DNA of 64,000 nt. Origin: a phage. Below the pieces are notes generated by a model that was not told where the DNA came from, searched no databases, and saw nothing but the letters and a program-made list of their open reading frames with translations. The translations under genes were made by a program, and so were the position numbers. Shown here one piece after another: positions 18,641-27,920 of the stretch. The stretch is taken from the sequence record PX880099.1. One strand, written 5' to 3'. Position 1 is the stretch's first letter, and every line of letters starts with the position of its first letter.

Positions 18641-18660
18641 GAGGGGGATTTCTCCCCCTC
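18641..18660 (-). terminator. stem-loop GAGGGGGA-gaaa-TCCCCCTC after the TerD gene
   Basis: Perfect G/C hairpin 19 nt past the TerD-family stop; weak U tail; resembles the hairpin at 801-828. Confidence 0.4.
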
Positions 18661-18678
18661 AAAATCATTTGTTAATTA

Positions 18679-19281
18679 TTATGGACATTCATACCATTCT
18701 TTTTTACCACCGAAGGCCATCACCACATCGCAAATATCCAGACCAGCTTTACCTACACCATATGCTTTCAGTTTCCATTCCCCATCTTCACGAACCAAGG
18801 AAGCCACGTGGCAGATTGTGTTGCCAGCTACTTCAGGAGCCAGGAAGTCAAAATCCAGAATTTCCACATTGCGCTCGGAGTCGAAGATTTTAAGCATACC
18901 TTCAGAAGCATGACCAAAACGTTTCAGACCTGTATCATCATCAATGGTCAGAACAAAGGCAATCTCTTGTGCATCAGGAGAGATTTTAGCCAGAGTAATA
19001 TCAATCTGCTCCATGCTGCCAGTTCCATCACGAACATCGTCACCAGCGAAGGTAGAACGTTCAGGATCAAACTTGTTAGCATAGCAAACTAGATGACGTG
19101 CAGACAGCATTTCAGGATTGCCAGCGGCATTGTGACGACAAACCAGTGCACTTACATCCAGATCCAGTTTAGAATCAGATTTCCAAGAGAATTCCAGGCG
19201 CAGTTCTTTCAGAGCCGGAGCAACTTTCTTCAGGGAAATTTTTTCGCTAGAGCCTTTTTTCAGAGAAATTTTATCAGTCAT
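18679..19281 (-). CDS. TerD-family protein (tellurite-resistance/stress TerD domain)
   Basis: N-terminal KISLKK, LDLDVSALV and GDD..DG motifs typical of TerD; SD GGAGA before ATG. Confidence 0.75.
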   Translation of the reverse strand: MTDKISLKKGSSEKISLKKVAPALKELRLEFSWKSDSKLDLDVSALVCRHNAAGNPEMLSARHLVCYANKFDPERSTFAGDDVRDGTGSMEQIDITLAKISPDAQEIAFVLTIDDDTGLKRFGHASEGMLKIFDSERNVEILDFDFLAPEVAGNTICHVASLVREDGEWKLKAYGVGKAGLDICDVVMAFGGKKEWYECP

Positions 19282-19296
19282 CTTTTGTCTCCTCTA

Positions 19297-19566
19297 TTAT
19301 TTAAGTGTAATACCAGTTACAGTCAATTCTACTTCCAAAAGCTTAGATGTGTTTTGGATTGCTACTAATTGTGCATGATGGTTTAGTTCTACAGCAGAAT
19401 AATCATTTTCCCCATCATCTACTTTTAAATAAACAATAACTTCACTAAGGTCTAAACCATTTTCGTCAAATGCATTTTCATAGACGAAAGTATCTCCTAC
19501 ATCCAAATCTTTAATGGTAAGGCATCGTTTATTTACTTTTTGCTCATCAATTTCGAAGTTTAACAC
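19297..19566 (-). CDS. hypothetical protein, paralog of 20588-20866
   Basis: Shares GDTF..Y..A.DE.GLD and C-terminal E.EL.VT.ITLK with the paralog. Confidence 0.5.
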   Translation of the reverse strand: MLNFEIDEQKVNKRCLTIKDLDVGDTFVYENAFDENGLDLSEVIVYLKVDDGENDYSAVELNHHAQLVAIQNTSKLLEVELTVTGITLK

Positions 19567-19795
19567 TTCTTCCTCCTAATGTTATCTCCGGTTTGTATAT
19601 ACGAAGAATTATAGCATTTTCATTTTCTTTGTCAACCCATTCTTCATAATCGGGCCATACATGAATCTCTACTCTACTTACAATATCTTCCATCCGCACA
19701 GTCCCAATGAAATATTCTTTGAGACTGCGCATAATGAAAGCTTCTCTCTCGCGCCAATAATTTTCTACGACTTGAGAGGCAAGCTCGTCGATCAT
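19547..19795 (-). CDS. hypothetical protein
   Basis: 82 aa ORF in co-oriented block. Confidence 0.45.
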   Translation of the reverse strand: MIDELASQVVENYWREREAFIMRSLKEYFIGTVRMEDIVSRVEIHVWPDYEEWVDKENENAIILRIYKPEITLGGRSVKLRN

Positions 19796-20586
19796 TTTTT
19801 AGCACCTACCTTAACAACCCACTCTCCGAACTCTTCAGATAAGAGTTTGTCATAAAGCTCTGAATCTGTCAAGTCTAAATCTTTAATGCCAATAAAACCA
19901 ACATTGTCATAAGCATTTGCCAGTTCTTTCAGGAAGCTGAACTTCTCATTACCAACGCCAACCATGAACCAATAGATAGGCTTATTCTTATTCTCTTCAA
20001 TAAGACGACGAACAGCACTAGGATCACCATTCTCACCATCTGTCTGGAAGAATACAACACCAGGAGTAACGTCAGCACCTGGTTCAGATACAGCTACAAC
20101 TTTTTCACGCTCTACCGATACTGTTTCAGTTTTACCCAGCAGACGATTAAAGAAGCCTTTCTTTGGAGCCTCCTCTTGTACCACTTGTTTAGTGGTAACA
20201 TATTTGGTAACAGTGCCAAAATACTCATCGTAGATATCTGCCATTACAGGGGCGTAATTTGTTCCACCTCCGATACGAACATTACGCATACATTTACCAA
20301 CATAGTCATCGTAAACGTCTGCTGTTGCTGGAGTAAGCTCTTGAGAACTCGTATTGAAGGCCCACATGTCAATTTGTTCATTATCGTCGAACAGCATACC
20401 AAAAGGAAGCAGTTTGCCTACAAAATCACTCACTACCCCACGAGTATATAGACCATGCATACTACCAGAAATATCTAGAGCACATGCTACACGAAGAACA
20501 ATCTTACCTTCATTCAGGTTCTTATTCTTTTTCAGAGAGAAAGCAAGGTTTTCTTGACGTTTTTTCAGGCTGATTTTCTCGGACAT
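19792..20586 (-). CDS. TerD-like N-terminus plus vWA-domain protein (TerY/TerF-like)
   Basis: N-terminal KISLKK as in TerD; ALDISGSM fits a vWA MIDAS DxSxS motif. Confidence 0.55.
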   Translation of the reverse strand: MSEKISLKKRQENLAFSLKKNKNLNEGKIVLRVACALDISGSMHGLYTRGVVSDFVGKLLPFGMLFDDNEQIDMWAFNTSSQELTPATADVYDDYVGKCMRNVRIGGGTNYAPVMADIYDEYFGTVTKYVTTKQVVQEEAPKKGFFNRLLGKTETVSVEREKVVAVSEPGADVTPGVVFFQTDGENGDPSAVRRLIEENKNKPIYWFMVGVGNEKFSFLKELANAYDNVGFIGIKDLDLTDSELYDKLLSEEFGEWVVKVGAKK

Positions 20587-20587
20587 A

Positions 20588-20866
20588 TTATTTCTCCTTC
20601 TTAAGTGTAATATTGGTAACTTCTAAATCTACTTCCACCATATTTGTATCTGGTGGGATGCAATGAGTATAGCCTCGTTGTGCTAGTGATCCATTAATAC
20701 AGATCGCACTGTTTGTGGAATTTTTAATGAACACCAAGTTACGGTAGGTATCCAACCCTGCGTCTTCATAGGCATCATAATACATGAATGTGTCCCCTAT
20801 GCCAAGGTCTTCGAAAGCAATAGGTAAATCCTGACACTTTTCTTCTTGAATATTGAATCTAAACAC
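20588..20866 (-). CDS. hypothetical protein, paralog of 19297-19566
   Basis: Start set at GTG after SD GAGGAGG, giving MFRFNIQEEK parallel to MLNFEIDEQK of the paralog. Confidence 0.45.
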   Translation of the reverse strand: MFRFNIQEEKCQDLPIAFEDLGIGDTFMYYDAYEDAGLDTYRNLVFIKNSTNSAICINGSLAQRGYTHCIPPDTNMVEVDLEVTNITLKKEK

Positions 20867-21422
20867 GCATACCTCCTCTACCAATTTTGAAGCCCAAATC
20901 GTAAGCTTCCTTAGTGATCTTTTGTAACTCACTTATAGGAAGTGTTACAAGAGGATCATCTTCTTCAATTTCCATCTTGTCATCTTCTGTTTCAATGAGA
21001 GTATTATGCACTTTGTGATAAGGGTTGTCAACACGTTTAAACTTATTCTTTTCTGTGCTGAAAAAACAATCTGGATCTTCTTCACCATCACCCCAACCTT
21101 GGTTAGGATCTCCGTCAGATTGTTCTGTAGGGATTTCACCTGTAAAATACTCTTCCAGCACCATAGCGATACCGTCCCTTGGATTCGAGGAATGCATTAA
21201 ATCACAAACCTTACCCCAATCCATAGCCCATTCGAACCGTTCACGAACGCCATTTTCATTCTCCTTTCCAGAGAAAACACAACCATAACTATCATAGTTG
21301 CCATACATCTCTTCAATAACAACACCATCCTTCAAAAGAAAGAGATAGCAAGGTGATCCGTCGAAAGAAGTAGAAAGGGCAGCTTTGCCCGATTCCTTAC
21401 ACAAAAAGCTAAAACAACCCAT
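20859..21422 (-). CDS. hypothetical acidic protein
   Basis: 187 aa ORF; no family recognised. Confidence 0.5.
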   Translation of the reverse strand: MGCFSFLCKESGKAALSTSFDGSPCYLFLLKDGVVIEEMYGNYDSYGCVFSGKENENGVRERFEWAMDWGKVCDLMHSSNPRDGIAMVLEEYFTGEIPTEQSDGDPNQGWGDGEEDPDCFFSTEKNKFKRVDNPYHKVHNTLIETEDDKMEIEEDDPLVTLPISELQKITKEAYDLGFKIGRGGMRV

Positions 21423-21619
21423 TACAAACCCTCCTTCAGATTATCAAGAGCTACAGTGGTTTCACAAAATTCTCCATATGCTTTATGATGTTCTAGAAAA
21501 GCTTCAGGTCCACCCCAATCATTATCGTGTGTATTCCAACCATCAATAAAAGCATCTTCAATGATTGTGATCAGTTCCTGTCGAGTCAACGTAATGGTAT
21601 CAGGTTTTGGATTATGCAT
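21422..21619 (-). CDS. hypothetical small protein
   Basis: 65 aa; SD GAGGAG before ATG. Confidence 0.5.
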   Translation of the reverse strand: MHNPKPDTITLTRQELITIIEDAFIDGWNTHDNDWGGPEAFLEHHKAYGEFCETTVALDNLKEGL

Positions 21620-21785
21620 CTTCTTTCTCCTCTAAAATATGAAACCCATAGCTACAATAGTCCTGAAAGGTTTCGTGTGCAAGATCTTCTATATCCTCTT
21701 GAGACATATCATCTTCAATTTCGATATCCACAACCTCATTGCATCCACACCAAGCAGTTTCAATATTCACTCGTAAAGTTTTCAT
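21612..21785 (-). CDS. hypothetical small acidic protein (57 aa, below ORF-track cutoff)
   Basis: SD GAGGAAG before ATG; 8-nt overlaps with both neighbours; contains CGC..C. Confidence 0.35.
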   Translation of the reverse strand: MKTLRVNIETAWCGCNEVVDIEIEDDMSQEDIEDLAHETFQDYCSYGFHILEEKEDA

Positions 21786-21988
21786 TCTTCTTCCTCATTA
21801 AATTCCACATCAGAAATAACTTTAAATCTACCAAAGTTACGACAACCTTCATAGATATATCCATCACGACAAGCTGCAAAAATATCTGGAGTTTGTAGCT
21901 GGGTCATTGGGGCAAAGCGTTTCTCTTCGTCATAACGAACACCTATTTCTCCAGCTTGTTCGTCAAGCATGTATACACGGATTCTCAT
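21782..21988 (-). CDS. hypothetical small protein
   Basis: 68 aa; ATGA-type overlaps with neighbours. Confidence 0.45.
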   Translation of the reverse strand: MRIRVYMLDEQAGEIGVRYDEEKRFAPMTQLQTPDIFAACRDGYIYEGCRNFGRFKVISDVEFNEEEE

Positions 21989-23097
21989 TTACCCAACCCC
22001 TTCTTAACAGCGTCAACCATCCCATCTTCGAGAGATTGAACTTCATTGATGTAATCAACACGGGCAGCACGGGCTTCCGTATTGATGCGGTTAGTTTCTT
22101 CCAACATTTTAACCAAGTTTTCCTGATCGTGACGCAGAGTTTCAATATCCAACACTTGACGGTTAGCCAGTGCTGCTGCTTCGATCTGATTCTGTGTGGC
22201 AAGATCGCTACCCAGTTTAATTGCCAGGTTAAATTCATCAAGAACGTTATTCTGTGTCTCTGCGGCTTTCATTTGACGTAAGCTTTCAATATACATTGAG
22301 AAGTTAGCAGAGTAAGCAGGAATAACATTATTTACTATGTTACGCGCAGATCGCATTAAGCTTGCAGAAACTTTTTGCATACCTTGCACACGTGGTCCCA
22401 TTTGGACACACAGTAGGCGCAATGCTTTTAAATCCGCAATACGAATCTCCAGAAGATCCAAGGTATCTCGGATCGCTTGTCGCTGTTCTACCGCATCTTC
22501 TGGAAGAGCAGCCAAAGCTTGTTCTTCTTTTTCATAGGTCGCTGTTAGAAGCTGCATATCTCGGTTCAAACTTGCAGCATATTGTCCAATAGCTTGATGT
22601 AGCTTTTCAAGGTATACCAAAGAATCTTCTTCTTTGCGAATATCCATTTGAAGGTTCTTTACCAACTCTTCAATACGGTTATTAACATTATCAAACTCCC
22701 CAAACAGATCTTCTTTCATACCCATAACTTTTTTAATGAGTTTAGTAATACCTTTGCTTTGTTTAATAGAGTTTGGATCAAGTTGTTTTGCCTGTTTAAT
22801 CAAAGCTGTGAGTCGTTCACTCATCTGATCGCCTTGATTACTACGTTGATGTTTTAATACCTCGGCATTCAAGGAACGCAAGGTTGTTCCTGCCTCTGCC
22901 CCGATCTCTTCGATCTCTTGTCGTGTCATAGAAGGCAAAACTGGGACTTCTTGCGGTGCGGCTGGTGCATAAACAGGACTGGCATCTAACACGCTTGGAG
23001 CAAATACAGATTTACTTGCATCTGTTGTTGCAGTGAATACACTCATTTCAGACTTCTTCTGACCACCAGTAGCTGCTTTTAAAAACGGACTTGTCAT
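21985..23097 (-). CDS. TelA-like toxic-anion-resistance protein
   Basis: 370 aa, long predicted coiled-coil, overall resemblance to TelA/KlaA; sits between TerD-like and TerC genes. Confidence 0.65.
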   Translation of the reverse strand: MTSPFLKAATGGQKKSEMSVFTATTDASKSVFAPSVLDASPVYAPAAPQEVPVLPSMTRQEIEEIGAEAGTTLRSLNAEVLKHQRSNQGDQMSERLTALIKQAKQLDPNSIKQSKGITKLIKKVMGMKEDLFGEFDNVNNRIEELVKNLQMDIRKEEDSLVYLEKLHQAIGQYAASLNRDMQLLTATYEKEEQALAALPEDAVEQRQAIRDTLDLLEIRIADLKALRLLCVQMGPRVQGMQKVSASLMRSARNIVNNVIPAYSANFSMYIESLRQMKAAETQNNVLDEFNLAIKLGSDLATQNQIEAAALANRQVLDIETLRHDQENLVKMLEETNRINTEARAARVDYINEVQSLEDGMVDAVKKGLGK

Positions 23098-23684
23098 TCT
23101 TCATTCTCCTCTTCTGCATCTCTTATGTATGGTGAAACACCGTATTCTTTAGCTACTTTAACCCAATCGTCCCATTTATACAACCATAATTTTCCTTCTG
23201 TTCCTTCTTTATCTGATTTTAACCACATATTAGGTTGCTTACCTGGATACATGCGATTAGGTTTACGATTATAACCTCTAATACATCTTGTCGCAAACCT
23301 ATCTACCAGAACAAGAACATATTTATATTCGTGGTTCAACGGCTCTTTGGAAGTAGCTTTAGGGTTTGCCCCTAATTCTGCTGCCAGTTTTTGCCAATGA
23401 GCACCGTGCCGACTAAACTTACCCATACAACCATCAATAGCATGAGCAATTTCGTGCTTCATTGTATCCACGATCATATCTCTTGTAGAGTTCTTATGCA
23501 AGTGCCAATTTACAACAACAATTTTATCTCGGTAGTTGCACCAACCGAAAGAGTTATTCACTTTGTTTCTAACGCAAGCTTTATATCCTGCTTCACGTAA
23601 CATGTTGTAGTAAACAGGAAAATCTTCTTTTATTTCCTGCATCACTTCCCACCACAAGAGTTGCAAGTCTCTCTCGGTATACAT
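23094..23684 (-). CDS. SprT-like zinc metallopeptidase domain protein
   Basis: HEIAHAID (HExxH) with downstream His/Cys-containing segment. Confidence 0.5.
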   Translation of the reverse strand: MYTERDLQLLWWEVMQEIKEDFPVYYNMLREAGYKACVRNKVNNSFGWCNYRDKIVVVNWHLHKNSTRDMIVDTMKHEIAHAIDGCMGKFSRHGAHWQKLAAELGANPKATSKEPLNHEYKYVLVLVDRFATRCIRGYNRKPNRMYPGKQPNMWLKSDKEGTEGKLWLYKWDDWVKVAKEYGVSPYIRDAEEENEE

Positions 23685-23687
23685 AAC

Positions 23688-24281
23688 TTACACCTTAAAA
23701 GTGAAATGCGTGGTCGTGGCTTCAAAATCAGGGCCAGATAAACGTGCACTGAAATCTGAAATATTTGTAATTAAAAAGCTTTTATGCATACCTAACACAG
23801 CCACGCTTTCAATATCTTCTACTAACATTTCAATCATGTTAGAAACATGGCTGAACGTAGTGTTTTGTTTTTTGATGGTGTAGAAAGAAAGATTCCCACC
23901 TGCTGTATAAGATACTTCTTCAAAATCTTTAATCGTATACTGTGTCCCATCAGTAAAGAAAATGGTAGCTTTATTAGTAGCACGTTTCTTGTTTTTTGGT
24001 CCTTTTTTACGTTTACTGCGAGTAGGAAAACCATTTGGGAATACCGTAGCTACAAATTCTTCAGGAGAAACCTCCTTACCGAAATCATAACCATAAGAAA
24101 CAGCATCTATAAACTCATCGTCCTCATTTTTAAAATAATGAAAATAGGGCCAATTTGACAGATTATCAAGCATCTTATGCTCATCCACAGCAGAGAACGT
24201 ATCCCTCAAAGCACGTGTGATTTGCAAAGCATTAGGCAACCTTTTAACACCTACGATGGAAGTACGAATAGAAATTGTCAT
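23688..24281 (-). CDS. hypothetical protein
   Basis: 197 aa with basic KRKKGPKNKKR patch. Confidence 0.5.
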   Translation of the reverse strand: MTISIRTSIVGVKRLPNALQITRALRDTFSAVDEHKMLDNLSNWPYFHYFKNEDDEFIDAVSYGYDFGKEVSPEEFVATVFPNGFPTRSKRKKGPKNKKRATNKATIFFTDGTQYTIKDFEEVSYTAGGNLSFYTIKKQNTTFSHVSNMIEMLVEDIESVAVLGMHKSFLITNISDFSARLSGPDFEATTTHFTFKV

Positions 24282-24295
24282 TATTTTTCTCCTTA

Positions 24296-24733
24296 TTAAC
24301 GTCGCTTGCTACGAGATGAACTCTTTTTACTTAAAGGGCTATTGTAAGATTTACGAGTTGTATAGCTGCTATTTGTTTTAAAAGTTTGTCTCGGCTTTTC
24401 ATAAGTTTTTATCTCTTGTTTAGGCTTACCATAAAAATTAGTTTTCGGTTTAGGTGTGTTATAATGTTTATTAATAATCGTTCTGTTATCGTTATAATCC
24501 CCGCCGCTACGATTACTGCCACCGCTCATCATATGTCCTAACAACATACCTGTAGCAAACTCACCAACACCGCTACTACTAGAACCGCCACCATTGTTGA
24601 TAATAGTTGTATCTCCGTCAGATCCTTGTTGAGCGTATTGTTGAGGAGGTTGTTGATATTGTGTAGGATTTGTTTCATCCTCGCAAGCTGTTAAAAAGAT
24701 ACAACCAATTAAAATCAGGGCTAGTTTTTTCAT
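24296..24733 (-). CDS. putative lipoprotein, Gly/Ser/Gln-rich with basic C-terminal tail
   Basis: Start set at ATG after SD GAGGAAAG; signal peptide ending in lipobox LTAC. Confidence 0.55.
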   Translation of the reverse strand: MKKLALILIGCIFLTACEDETNPTQYQQPPQQYAQQGSDGDTTIINNGGGSSSSGVGEFATGMLLGHMMSGGSNRSGGDYNDNRTIINKHYNTPKPKTNFYGKPKQEIKTYEKPRQTFKTNSSYTTRKSYNSPLSKKSSSRSKRR

Positions 24734-24920
24734 ATTTGCTTTCCTCGTTTTGACTATTAATACATCTGTGTTTGAAATCTCCAGAGAAGCAATAAAGCTG
24801 CTCTCCATCTCGGTATAAACTCACTTTACTGCCGTTGATTACGCTTGTCAATACAAAAATTACAACAAACAACCCTATTGCAAAACAAATATTTTCAAAC
24901 ACAACCAACAAGTATTTCAT
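24675..24920 (-). CDS. small membrane protein overlapping the lipoprotein gene start
   Basis: One predicted N-terminal TM helix; ATGA overlap with upstream gene; 59-nt out-of-frame overlap with lipoprotein gene. Confidence 0.4.
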   Translation of the reverse strand: MKYLLVVFENICFAIGLFVVIFVLTSVINGSKVSLYRDGEQLYCFSGDFKHRCINSQNEESKYEKTSPDFNWLYLFNSLRG

Positions 24921-25267
24921 TTTAAAAATACCTCATCATCAGTTTCATTATCCCAGAAGAACAAATCCCAACCATTAGGATCATTCCACTTGGCGGCTGG
25001 AGAAGTCCAGATTTGTTCGATATCAATATTCAAAACTTCGCCGTTTCGTTTTGAAACAGCCTTGGTTAATTCCCAACGAGATACAGGTTCTACCTCTCCT
25101 GAACCACTTCCACAACAAACTACTACGTTAGGAGGAAGGTTAATTGGATCTTTGGTCACAATCATAACGCTTACCCCAGGGTAAACTTTTGAAAGATAAT
25201 CTGAAACGTAATCAACATCACCAGGTAAATCCCAAACAAGTTTTTGAATTTCATCAAAATTGCTCAT
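24917..25267 (-). CDS. hypothetical protein
   Basis: 116 aa; first gene after the TerC terminator. Confidence 0.5.
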   Translation of the reverse strand: MSNFDEIQKLVWDLPGDVDYVSDYLSKVYPGVSVMIVTKDPINLPPNVVVCCGSGSGEVEPVSRWELTKAVSKRNGEVLNIDIEQIWTSPAAKWNDPNGWDLFFWDNETDDEVFLK

Positions 25268-25269
25268 AA

Positions 25270-25296
25270 GTCTCTCCTATAAAATAGCCTCCCGAA
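25270..25296 (-). terminator. rho-independent terminator after TerC gene
   Basis: AGCCTCC-cgaa-GGAGGCT hairpin followed on - strand by ATTTTAT. Confidence 0.55.
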
Positions 25297-25309
25297 GGAG
25301 GCTCATCTA

Positions 25310-26284
25310 TTAAACAGCAGCTTCTTCTTTTTCAGGGAAGATAAAGCTTGCAATAACGCCAAGAGCTAATGTGCCTAGAACAATCATCAGACTTACGTTA
25401 GGGGAAATATCATGCGGGAGGAATGACCACTTGGCATGAAGTGTTTCACCGAACGGGTGATACATAAGTTTAGCACCAACAAACACCAGAACCACAGCAA
25501 CAGCTTTCTCTAAGTGAACCAAATATTTCACAGCTACACTTAACACAAAGAAAAGTGCACGTAAACCAAGAACAGCCATCAGCATTGCAGAATAAACTAG
25601 CAGAGGTTCTTGTGTCACACCGATCACAGCCGGAACTGAATCAAAAGAGAAGACAATATCTGTAAGCTCAATAACAAACACACAAAGAAGAGCAGGAGTT
25701 GCATATTTAATACCATTCTTAATGGTAATGAACTTTTCACCATCCAGTGCATTGTGCACAGGCAGGATTTTACCTACTAAACGAACAGCCCAATGTTTAG
25801 AGTAATCGATATCCTCTTCTTCATCACCACCTTTGATGATAGCCACGGCAGACCAAGCTACAATCAAACCGAACAACACTTGGACCGACCAATGAAGGTT
25901 AAACAGAGCGGTGCCTGCTGCAACAAAAATACCTCGGAAGACAATGGCTCCTGCAATCCCCCAAAGTAAAATCTTATGTTGGAGATGTGTGCTCTTAATT
26001 CCAAAGCTTGCAAAAATTGCCATGAACACCATTAGGTTATCTACAGAAAGACTCTTTTCCAACACATAGCCACTTAGGAAAAGCGCGGCAAACTCTTTAC
26101 CATGTTCTACCCAAATGAATGCGTAATATCCTAAAGCTAAAGCAATCCAAAAAACAGACCAAAGCAAAGCAGATTTAATTCCAATTTCTTTATTCTCTTT
26201 ATGACCAAAGAAATCGATACCAATAGACAATGCTAAAATACCAACTAAAACAACTACATCAATGATTGGGAAACCAAGTTGCAT
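25310..26284 (-). CDS. TerC-family integral membrane protein
   Basis: Multiple TM helices; signature LSVDNLMVF; SD AAGGAG before ATG. Confidence 0.8.
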   Translation of the reverse strand: MQLGFPIIDVVVLVGILALSIGIDFFGHKENKEIGIKSALLWSVFWIALALGYYAFIWVEHGKEFAALFLSGYVLEKSLSVDNLMVFMAIFASFGIKSTHLQHKILLWGIAGAIVFRGIFVAAGTALFNLHWSVQVLFGLIVAWSAVAIIKGGDEEEDIDYSKHWAVRLVGKILPVHNALDGEKFITIKNGIKYATPALLCVFVIELTDIVFSFDSVPAVIGVTQEPLLVYSAMLMAVLGLRALFFVLSVAVKYLVHLEKAVAVVLVFVGAKLMYHPFGETLHAKWSFLPHDISPNVSLMIVLGTLALGVIASFIFPEKEEAAV

Positions 26285-26303
26285 TATTTTCTCCTTTCTC
26301 TTT

Positions 26304-26362
26304 GCGGGGAACCACTCCCCGCCTCATGTGATACATCTTACTCTTTTTTAAAACCTTGTCAA
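26304..26362 (-). promoter_or_regulatory. promoter plus 5' stem-loop cassette (same type as the 48-59 kb array) driving TerC
   Basis: On - strand TTGACA-16 bp-TAAGAT-GTATCAC then GGCGGGGA-gtgg-TTCCCCGC hairpin, then SD and ATG. Confidence 0.6.
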
Positions 26363-26365
26363 CAC

Positions 26366-26587
26366 TTATTTTGAAGAACTGGAGGAAAAGATTCCACGCA
26401 GCACTGCCATAATGAACGCTACGCACACCACGGTCCAGAATGTAACAGGAACAGTGATATCTGTGTGACCCATCATTTCAACAACGTAGTTGTAAGCCAG
26501 CAGCAGAAGCCACGCTGGAATCATACTGATCAGGAAAGCCAGAACAAACACGATAACTACTGCCAGAACACCTGCAACAACACCCAT
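26366..26587 (-). CDS. small membrane protein (two TM helices)
   Basis: 73 aa, strongly hydrophobic. Confidence 0.5.
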   Translation of the reverse strand: MGVVAGVLAVVIVFVLAFLISMIPAWLLLLAYNYVVEMMGHTDITVPVTFWTVVCVAFIMAVLRGIFSSSSSK

Positions 26588-26600
26588 ATTATTTCTCCTC

Positions 26601-27083
26601 TTAAAGTTTATAAATAGTCACATCGTGACCTGCTTTTACTAAAGTTTCTTCAATCATCACTTCAATGATAGCCCAATTACCTCCTGCCAACCCTGCTCCA
26701 ATCATAGGTAAACCAATCTTATGTTCGGCAGATGTGTTCACCCATTTGTGGAGATCCTTTGCCATAGCCTCAAGAGCATCATACAGGGCATCATAGTCCA
26801 ACTGACGACCTTTACCGTTATACCCGTAACGGTACTGTCCGTATAGGTTATAAACCAGTGGGTCAGACACCTCCTCCGGCACCCCTAAACTAAAAGAACC
26901 CAGCTTACTTTGATCACCTGCGGCTGTGTCCAAGTCGGCTGCATATGCATAAGGAAATGCTCGTTTAATTTGCGGAGCAATCCCTGCACCCATATTACAC
27001 ATACAGTTACAACAGTGGGCTATAACGTTCACTTCCCCGTTCTTCGCTGCATCGATCAGATTCCCAGTAACAACCTTCAACAT
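26601..27083 (-). CDS. macro-domain protein (ADP-ribose binding/processing)
   Basis: GNLIDA..VNVIAHCCNC..GAGIA resembles the macro-domain N-terminal core. Confidence 0.65.
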   Translation of the reverse strand: MLKVVTGNLIDAAKNGEVNVIAHCCNCMCNMGAGIAPQIKRAFPYAYAADLDTAAGDQSKLGSFSLGVPEEVSDPLVYNLYGQYRYGYNGKGRQLDYDALYDALEAMAKDLHKWVNTSAEHKIGLPMIGAGLAGGNWAIIEVMIEETLVKAGHDVTIYKL

Positions 27084-27092
27084 TTTTCCTCC

Positions 27093-27920
27093 TTACAGAA
27101 TATGTTGTTTTGTGTAACGATCCAAGAACTCAAAGTTTTCAGTATACTTTGCAATTCGATTGTAGCCTTCAGCTAAACAGCCGAAGAAAAGTTGTTCCAC
27201 ATAGTAGTGTGGCAATTGGCTAAGAATGATTTTGAAGTCTTCATGATTTTGGCCCATAAGGTACTTAATAGGACGAACAAGACACTGTGCATCACGTTCT
27301 TCATTAATCATTTTAACAAACGCTTCTGGTGTATTAATATAGTTAAAATTCAGCTTAGCTTCGGTATCTGCTTGATTACCTTCATATTTTGCAAAATACA
27401 AGAAGTAAACATCATTTTTAACTTGATTTTCATCAAGAATCTCAATCAGTTTGTCTTCATGAGTTCCAGTGATATTTACATCATCAATGAACACAAGCTT
27501 CTTATCACCCCAGAATTCTTTGTTGCAGTAGAATGTATCCCCATCAATAAGTTTCTTACGACTAGCTTTATCTAAGAAACCATAATCGTTGATATAGCTA
27601 ACTTTACGATGAATAATATCCAGTTCTGCTGAACGACCTTGATCATATTGTGCTTGCAACATATTAAAGTAATTAATAAAATGATCTGTCATCATTGTTG
27701 CAGCATTATGCACATGGTTATAAGGAGAAGGAATGATAACAAATTGTTCCCCAATATGTTTCATTGCCACTTGAGCAAAAAACTGAAGTGCCAATTCTTT
27801 ACCCATACGACGCGCAGCTTGGTTACTGCCAAATTTCAATTTTGAATAATCTTTGATATCAAAAGTAGCAGTTTCCAGGTCATCAAATTTATTTGCAAAA
27901 ATTTGAGTTTGATTACGCAT
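27093..27920 (-). CDS. phosphoribosyltransferase (PRTase)-like protein
   Basis: KLVFIDDVNITGTHE fits the PRTase PRPP-binding motif (hydrophobic-DD-x-x-TG-x-T). Confidence 0.55.
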   Translation of the reverse strand: MRNQTQIFANKFDDLETATFDIKDYSKLKFGSNQAARRMGKELALQFFAQVAMKHIGEQFVIIPSPYNHVHNAATMMTDHFINYFNMLQAQYDQGRSAELDIIHRKVSYINDYGFLDKASRKKLIDGDTFYCNKEFWGDKKLVFIDDVNITGTHEDKLIEILDENQVKNDVYFLYFAKYEGNQADTEAKLNFNYINTPEAFVKMINEERDAQCLVRPIKYLMGQNHEDFKIILSQLPHYYVEQLFFGCLAEGYNRIAKYTENFEFLDRYTKQHIL

